This document shows positions 58,977-64,000 of a DNA stretch of 64,000 bases, piece after piece; the first letter of the stretch is position 1, and every line of letters starts with the position of its first letter. Where the stretch lies: positions 12,485 through 76,484 of the forward strand of contig QZJM01000063.1 of the NCBI GenBank assembly GCA_003605065.1, read 5' to 3'. A model generated the notes under the pieces. It saw only the letters and a program-made list of their open reading frames with translations. It was not told the origin of the DNA and searched no databases. Source of the DNA: Dethiobacter sp. GTDB lineage: Bacteria; Bacillota; Dethiobacteria; DTU022; UBA8154. The translations under genes and the position numbers were made by a program.

Positions 58977-60173
58977 TTGAACGTGGGTGTTCTGGGAGGT
59001 GGATTACAGGGTCTGGAGGCGGCTTATCTTCTTAAAAAAGCCGGTCACAGGGTTTTGATGCTTGAAAAGAGGCCACATGCTCCTGCTCTGGGGTTGGCTG
59101 ACGAAAAGTTTTGTTTTAACCTTACAGCTACCTGTCAACAGGAACTGCTAGATTTTTTAAAGAAAGTTGATGTAATTATTCCCGCTACGGAAAATAAAAC
59201 CACCCTTGTGGTTATGAATGAGGCGGCGAAAAGATATGCCAAAGTTTTCTGCTTTGATTCCCAGGCATATGAGCTAAGCAGCAGTAAAAGCCTGTCCAAT
59301 AAGCTTTTTTCTCAGCTGGCACTGCCCAGGCCTATTCCCTGGCCGGATTCCTCTTTCCCCTTAATAGTAAAACCGTCTGAGGAAAGCGGAAGCCGCGGTG
59401 TAAAAATTGTTTTTAACCAAAATGAACTGGATAAGGTCCTAACCGAAGAAAAACTGTATAAAGGCGGTTTTATCATTGAGGAATTTCTGGAAGGTCCTTC
59501 ATATTCCATAGAGGTGGTTACAATAAACGGTGAAGGTTTCGCTTTTGAAACAACTTTGCTTGGTTTTGACGAGCTTTTTGACTGTAACAGGGTTATTGCC
59601 CCCAACGGGTTAGATGAAAAGAGTAATAAAGAAATGCAGGAAATGGCACTGCGTATCGCGCAGTCCTTAAAGCTTACAGGTATCATGGATCTGGAAACTA
59701 TTTTACATGAAGGAAAGTTTAAAGTGCTGGAAATTGATGCCCGTTTGCCGAGTCAAACACCTACTGTTGTCTACAAGGCAACAGGCCTGAATCTGGTTTC
59801 TTATTTATTGTCGTCATTTCTTCACAAAGATTTACCGGGGGTAGAAGCAGGTGCAAAAAGAGCTGTAATTTATGAACATCTTTATTTTTGTGACGGCATG
59901 GTCTTTTTCCCCGGAGAACATATCATCACCTCCTGTAAAGAAAATCTTTTTTATATGGAGGATTTTTTTGGTGCAGACGAAGCCATTACGAACTGTGTGG
60001 AAAAAAAGGAGCAAAAATCCTGGGTTGCTACTGTTATCATAACGGGCCACAACCTGGAACAGGCCCGTACCAAAAGAGAATATATGCTGAAAAGGATTTT
60101 AGAAAAATACCGGGCTGAATTATTTCCTTCTAAAAATATCGAGAAAACTGCAGTAAAGGGAAGAAAAAGTTAG
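58977..60173 (+). CDS. pylC: Methylornithine--lysine ligase (ATP-grasp)
   Basis: GGGLQGLEAAYL, SSSK..S, KP..ESGS.GV, GPSYSIEV, GIMDLE, EIDARLPSQTP, GEH; ends TAG. Confidence 0.95.
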   Translation: MNVGVLGGGLQGLEAAYLLKKAGHRVLMLEKRPHAPALGLADEKFCFNLTATCQQELLDFLKKVDVIIPATENKTTLVVMNEAAKRYAKVFCFDSQAYELSSSKSLSNKLFSQLALPRPIPWPDSSFPLIVKPSEESGSRGVKIVFNQNELDKVLTEEKLYKGGFIIEEFLEGPSYSIEVVTINGEGFAFETTLLGFDELFDCNRVIAPNGLDEKSNKEMQEMALRIAQSLKLTGIMDLETILHEGKFKVLEIDARLPSQTPTVVYKATGLNLVSYLLSSFLHKDLPGVEAGAKRAVIYEHLYFCDGMVFFPGEHIITSCKENLFYMEDFFGADEAITNCVEKKEQKSWVATVIITGHNLEQARTKREYMLKRILEKYRAELFPSKNIEKTAVKGRKS

Positions 60174-60179
60174 GGAGGC

Positions 60180-61823
60180 TTGGAGATGAACAAAATTGGT
60201 ATTGCCCTGGATTTGGGGACCAGCGGTTTTCGAGGACAGGCCATCGACTTGTCTGCGAATGCGGTTTTAAAAACAGTAATAACTGCCCGTCATCCCCTGC
60301 CTGGCGCAAACGTGATGGATCATCTCAACTTTGCCATTATGGCTGGGCCGGATGTAGCTCACCAGATCATCATGGCTACAATAAACCAGATTATAGATCT
60401 GCTAAATATGCCCGGTTTCGCCATTGAGTGTTTTGCCGTTTGCGGCAACCCGATTCAACTTTCCCTCTTTGAAAATATTGAAATCAGGGATTTGGCCTAT
60501 GCGGGTGAAAATTACCGCCGCCAGCTGGGGATTGTCTCTCCTGATCGCAGCAGCAAGGAATACCCGGCTGAGCGGTTTCCACTGTTAAACTTACCGGGGA
60601 ATTGCCTGGTTTTTATTCCCCCTGCTGTAAAACATGAAATAGGGGCAGATGCTCTGGCCATGTTGATTCTTTCCGGAATTCTGGATAAGGAAGAAATTTG
60701 CCTGGCTACCGATTACGGGACAAATGCTGAAATGGCTCTGAAAGTGGGAGATAAAATCATTACCGGTTCTGCCGCTGCCGGCCCTGCTCTGGAAGGACAG
60801 CATGTTGAGAACGGGATGCTGGCTGCACCTGGGGCCATTTCTGACCTCCGACCGGAAAACGGCGGCTACCGTTGTCTTGTTCTCAATACTGAGATGCAGC
60901 CTGAGGACGGAGATTTACTTACTCTTGACAATGGAACTGTACTTCAAAAGGGCCGGTTAGAGGCCAAAGGAATAACCGGAACGGGTGTAATAGCAACAGT
61001 TTCACAGGGTATGGACAGCGGCCTGGTAAGCCTTCCCAATATTAAAACTGCTAGCGGCTCACTGCATCTTTCCAACGGGATTCGTTTTAGTAAGAAGGAC
61101 TTAATCGAAGCCGGGAAGGCTATCGGCGCAATCCGGGCCGGTTACCTCACACTGGCCGCTGAGGCAGGAGTCTCTGTAGAAGATATCCGTGTTGCTTTTA
61201 TGGCCGGTGCATCGGGAACTTATGTGGATGCACGTAAAGCGATGAACATCGGCATGGTTCCTCCTAAGGTAAAGGAAATATATCAGGTTGGTAATACTTC
61301 CTTGTTGTTGGCAAGAGAAATTGTGCAGGATCCCCGGAGATTAAAAACTCTTGATGAAATTGCCCGACAGTTACGGGCAAGACATTGTATGTTTGGTCTT
61401 TCCAAGGTTTTTGAAAAGGCTTATTTGCTGGAGCTTTCATACTGGACGGAAGGCCTCCCATGGGAACTTTATAAAAAATACGCCAGAATGTACCAGCTTC
61501 CGGAGTTGCCGCAGCTTCACACCGATGTAAATGTTACTAAAAAGGTCACCCGTGATATAAGGGATATTGGGAAAGATGGCTTGATCACCATAGAGAGAGT
61601 CGGTGAAGAAAGACACTGGTTTGTACCCGGGTGTGTCAACTGTGGCCAGTGTGTAGAAGAATGCCCTGAAAATGCTATAAAGCTCGATGATACTCTGGGC
61701 GTTGTGATGCGCATGGACTGCTGCAGTGGAACTGCCTGCCAGCGCTGTGAGCATATTTGTCCGGAAAAAGTTTTTCGTCTTTCAGAATTTTGGATGAACT
61801 CTTTAAAAATTAGCTGTGATTAG
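60180..61823 (+). CDS. ramA: Methylamine methyltransferase corrinoid reductive activase
   Basis: DLGTSGFR, RHPLPGANVMDHL, CGNPIQLSLF, DYGTNAEM, GASGTYVD, C-terminal 2x4Fe-4S; start TTG 60180 or ATG 60186; ends TAG. Confidence 0.92.
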   Translation: MEMNKIGIALDLGTSGFRGQAIDLSANAVLKTVITARHPLPGANVMDHLNFAIMAGPDVAHQIIMATINQIIDLLNMPGFAIECFAVCGNPIQLSLFENIEIRDLAYAGENYRRQLGIVSPDRSSKEYPAERFPLLNLPGNCLVFIPPAVKHEIGADALAMLILSGILDKEEICLATDYGTNAEMALKVGDKIITGSAAAGPALEGQHVENGMLAAPGAISDLRPENGGYRCLVLNTEMQPEDGDLLTLDNGTVLQKGRLEAKGITGTGVIATVSQGMDSGLVSLPNIKTASGSLHLSNGIRFSKKDLIEAGKAIGAIRAGYLTLAAEAGVSVEDIRVAFMAGASGTYVDARKAMNIGMVPPKVKEIYQVGNTSLLLAREIVQDPRRLKTLDEIARQLRARHCMFGLSKVFEKAYLLELSYWTEGLPWELYKKYARMYQLPELPQLHTDVNVTKKVTRDIRDIGKDGLITIERVGEERHWFVPGCVNCGQCVEECPENAIKLDDTLGVVMRMDCCSGTACQRCEHICPEKVFRLSEFWMNSLKISCD

Positions 61824-62053
61824 TTCAGGTTAATACTTGTCTCCGAGGTATTTTTCTGGTAAGATATAACAGGAAGAATAAAGCCTGTTTAGCTGATTAT
61901 TATAACAGTTACTTTAATTAAAAAAGTTTAAAAGTGTATTTTCCCGGAGATATAAAAAACGAAACTGGAGAATATACTTTTTCTATCTATAAAACATATA
62001 TTTTTTGTCATAAGATGTTGAAAAATTCTTAATATAGCAAGAGGTGGCTTCTC

Positions 62054-64000
62054 TTGACGGAAACGCTCTCTTTGGAAAAACGTACCGAGAGAATAGGGGC
62101 TTCATGGCAGAGATTTATTGTAAAAGGCAAAATTGAATCTTATGTCGTCAGTGAAATTATTGCCAATTCCTGGCAACGAAGCCTGGAAGCCGGTGTTAAC
62201 CCCTTTGTTAATCTGCAGACCTTTTTTACCGTTAAAAATATTATAGATTATAAGTATCTTGTGAAGGTAAGCCGTCCTTTTCTGGATAATCTTTATGCTT
62301 TTGTAAAAGGCTCTGACTTTTTGGTTCTTTTAACTGATGCAGATGGAACGATTATTAAAGTTCTTGGAGATCCGGTAATAGTACAGAAGTTAAAAAATAT
62401 TCCTTTTCGGGAAGGAGTTAACTGGGGTGAAGGCTGTCTGGGAACAAACTGTATTGCCCTTGCTGTAAAGGAAAAGATCCCTGTGCATGTTTTTGCTGCA
62501 GAACACTTTATTCAGCAGCTTCACTCCCTGGTAGGTTCAGCGGCGCCTTTTTTCTGCCAGAATGGAAATCTTCTTGGCGTTATTGCCATGTTCGGGTTAT
62601 TCAAGGATTTTCATCCTCATACCCTGGGAATGGTTGTCGCCTCTGTGAAGGCTATAGAAAACCAGATTTTATATATGGAAGCAAACCGTTCCCTGAAAAG
62701 ATCTTACAGGGAAGTCACTACGATTATGGAGGAGATAACTGCCGGATTGATTTCAGCTGATCACCAGGGCAGGGTAAGCATGTTGAATACAGCTGCCTGT
62801 AAAATGCTGGGCATTAATTATCAGGCAGGGGTTTCCCAGCATCTTGGTCAACTATTTGGGAAAGACTGCCCCTTTCTTCAGGCCATGGAAGAGGATCTAG
62901 AATATTCTGATCGGGATATAACATTGTCCTGTAACGGCATAACCAATCGTTTCTACTGCAGCCTTCGCATTATAAGAGATGAAAACAATAAGAAACTAGG
63001 TATGGTAATTACCCTCCGTGAACACAAAGCTATCCGCCGCCTTGTAAACAGGGCATTTGGCGCTCAGGCCACTTTTACCTTTTCTGATATCTATGGAGAG
63101 CACTTGTTAATTAAAAAGGCCATTAATGCGGCACAGCGTGCTGCCCATTCTAATAATACCATTTTAATTGTGGGCGAAAGTGGTACCGGCAAAGAAATGT
63201 TTGCCCAGGCCATACATAATGAAAGCGAGCGCTGCAGGGGTCCTTTTGTGGCTATCAACTGTGCCGGAATTCCCAGGGAACTGGTGGAAAGCGAACTTTT
63301 CGGTTACGAAGCGGGGGCTTTTACAGGTGCCAGGCGGGAAGGCCGTCCTGGAAAATTTGAACTGGCACAGGGCGGAACTCTCTTTCTGGATGAAATAGGA
63401 GATATGCCCCTGGAGATGCAAGCAAAGTTATTAAGGGTACTTCAGGATAAATTTATTACACGCCTGGGAGGAGATTCCCCTATCCTGGCAGATGTACGTG
63501 TAATCGTGGCTACCAACCGCAATATTTTTGCCCTGGTGGAGGAAGGAACTTTCCGCCCCGATCTCTTTTATCGCATTAATGTCATTACACTGCAATTGCC
63601 AAGTTTACGCACCCGTGAGACAGACATACTCCTGCTGGCTAATTTATTCCTTGAAAAAGCCATTTTTAAAATGGGACTCCCTTCCCCGCCAAGGCTTTCG
63701 GGGAGATTGGAAGAGAGACTTTTACGCTATTCCTGGCCGGGGAATGTCAGAGAACTGCAGAATGTAATAGAGCAAATGGTTTTTAACGCCAACGGTTCTC
63801 TCAAACTGGATGAAGAACACCTGCCCGAAAAAATGATGAAAACTGCTACAACACAATCAGGTTCCGAAGATATGGCCCTGGAAGCCCAGGAATTAAAACA
63901 TATTCTTTTGGCTCTGGAAATGTGCCAGGGCAATATTGCCCATAGTGCGCGGCTGCTAGGCATTGGCCGCAACACTTTATATCGCAAAATTAACAAGTAC
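62054..64000 (+). CDS. sigma54-dependent activator, AcoR-like (GAF-PAS-AAA+-HTH); runs off window end
   Basis: TTG after GAGGTGG; SWQRS..GVNP, GTNCI, GESGTGKE, GAFTGA, WPGNVRE, LGIGRNTLYRK. Confidence 0.88.
   Translation, partial: MTETLSLEKRTERIGASWQRFIVKGKIESYVVSEIIANSWQRSLEAGVNPFVNLQTFFTVKNIIDYKYLVKVSRPFLDNLYAFVKGSDFLVLLTDADGTIIKVLGDPVIVQKLKNIPFREGVNWGEGCLGTNCIALAVKEKIPVHVFAAEHFIQQLHSLVGSAAPFFCQNGNLLGVIAMFGLFKDFHPHTLGMVVASVKAIENQILYMEANRSLKRSYREVTTIMEEITAGLISADHQGRVSMLNTAACKMLGINYQAGVSQHLGQLFGKDCPFLQAMEEDLEYSDRDITLSCNGITNRFYCSLRIIRDENNKKLGMVITLREHKAIRRLVNRAFGAQATFTFSDIYGEHLLIKKAINAAQRAAHSNNTILIVGESGTGKEMFAQAIHNESERCRGPFVAINCAGIPRELVESELFGYEAGAFTGARREGRPGKFELAQGGTLFLDEIGDMPLEMQAKLLRVLQDKFITRLGGDSPILADVRVIVATNRNIFALVEEGTFRPDLFYRINVITLQLPSLRTRETDILLLANLFLEKAIFKMGLPSPPRLSGRLEERLLRYSWPGNVRELQNVIEQMVFNANGSLKLDEEHLPEKMMKTATTQSGSEDMALEAQELKHILLALEMCQGNIAHSARLLGIGRNTLYRKINKY

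Noticed and set aside
1-64000. CRISPR arrays, rRNA, selenocysteine (in-frame TGA) genes, prophage or defence genes
   Set aside because: No regularly spaced repeats, rRNA-like sequence, TGA-split conserved ORFs or phage/defence motifs were seen by eye.

Overview
Chromosomal window from an anaerobic Firmicute (taxonomy inferred from T-box regulation, sigmaA-type promoters and gene content). Left: radical SAM, Asp23-ATPase, acyl-CoA carboxyltransferase and a T-box(Arg)-controlled argCJBDFGH operon. Middle: a sigma54-controlled catabolic island with a soluble fumarate-reductase-like pair, a PrpR-like activator, a phthaloyl-CoA-decarboxylase-like UbiD, two class III CoA-transferase subunits, sucCD and a TAXI-TRAP transporter, followed by a decaying patch of pseudogenes, a 2-oxoacid:ferredoxin oxidoreductase and Moco genes. 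Right: a corrinoid methyl-transfer operon and, behind a cobalamin riboswitch, a complete but rearranged pyrrolysine system (pylSn-pylSc-pylB-pylD, Rh/Amt permease, pylT, mtmC, amber-containing mtmB, pylC, ramA). Most notable: a B12 riboswitch ahead of the pyl genes, a tRNA-Pyl with a U discriminator base, and amber stops placed so that read-through would fuse PylC to RamA, extend PylSc, and join SucD to a CodY-like HTH. All calls come from reading motifs by eye; no database searches were run.
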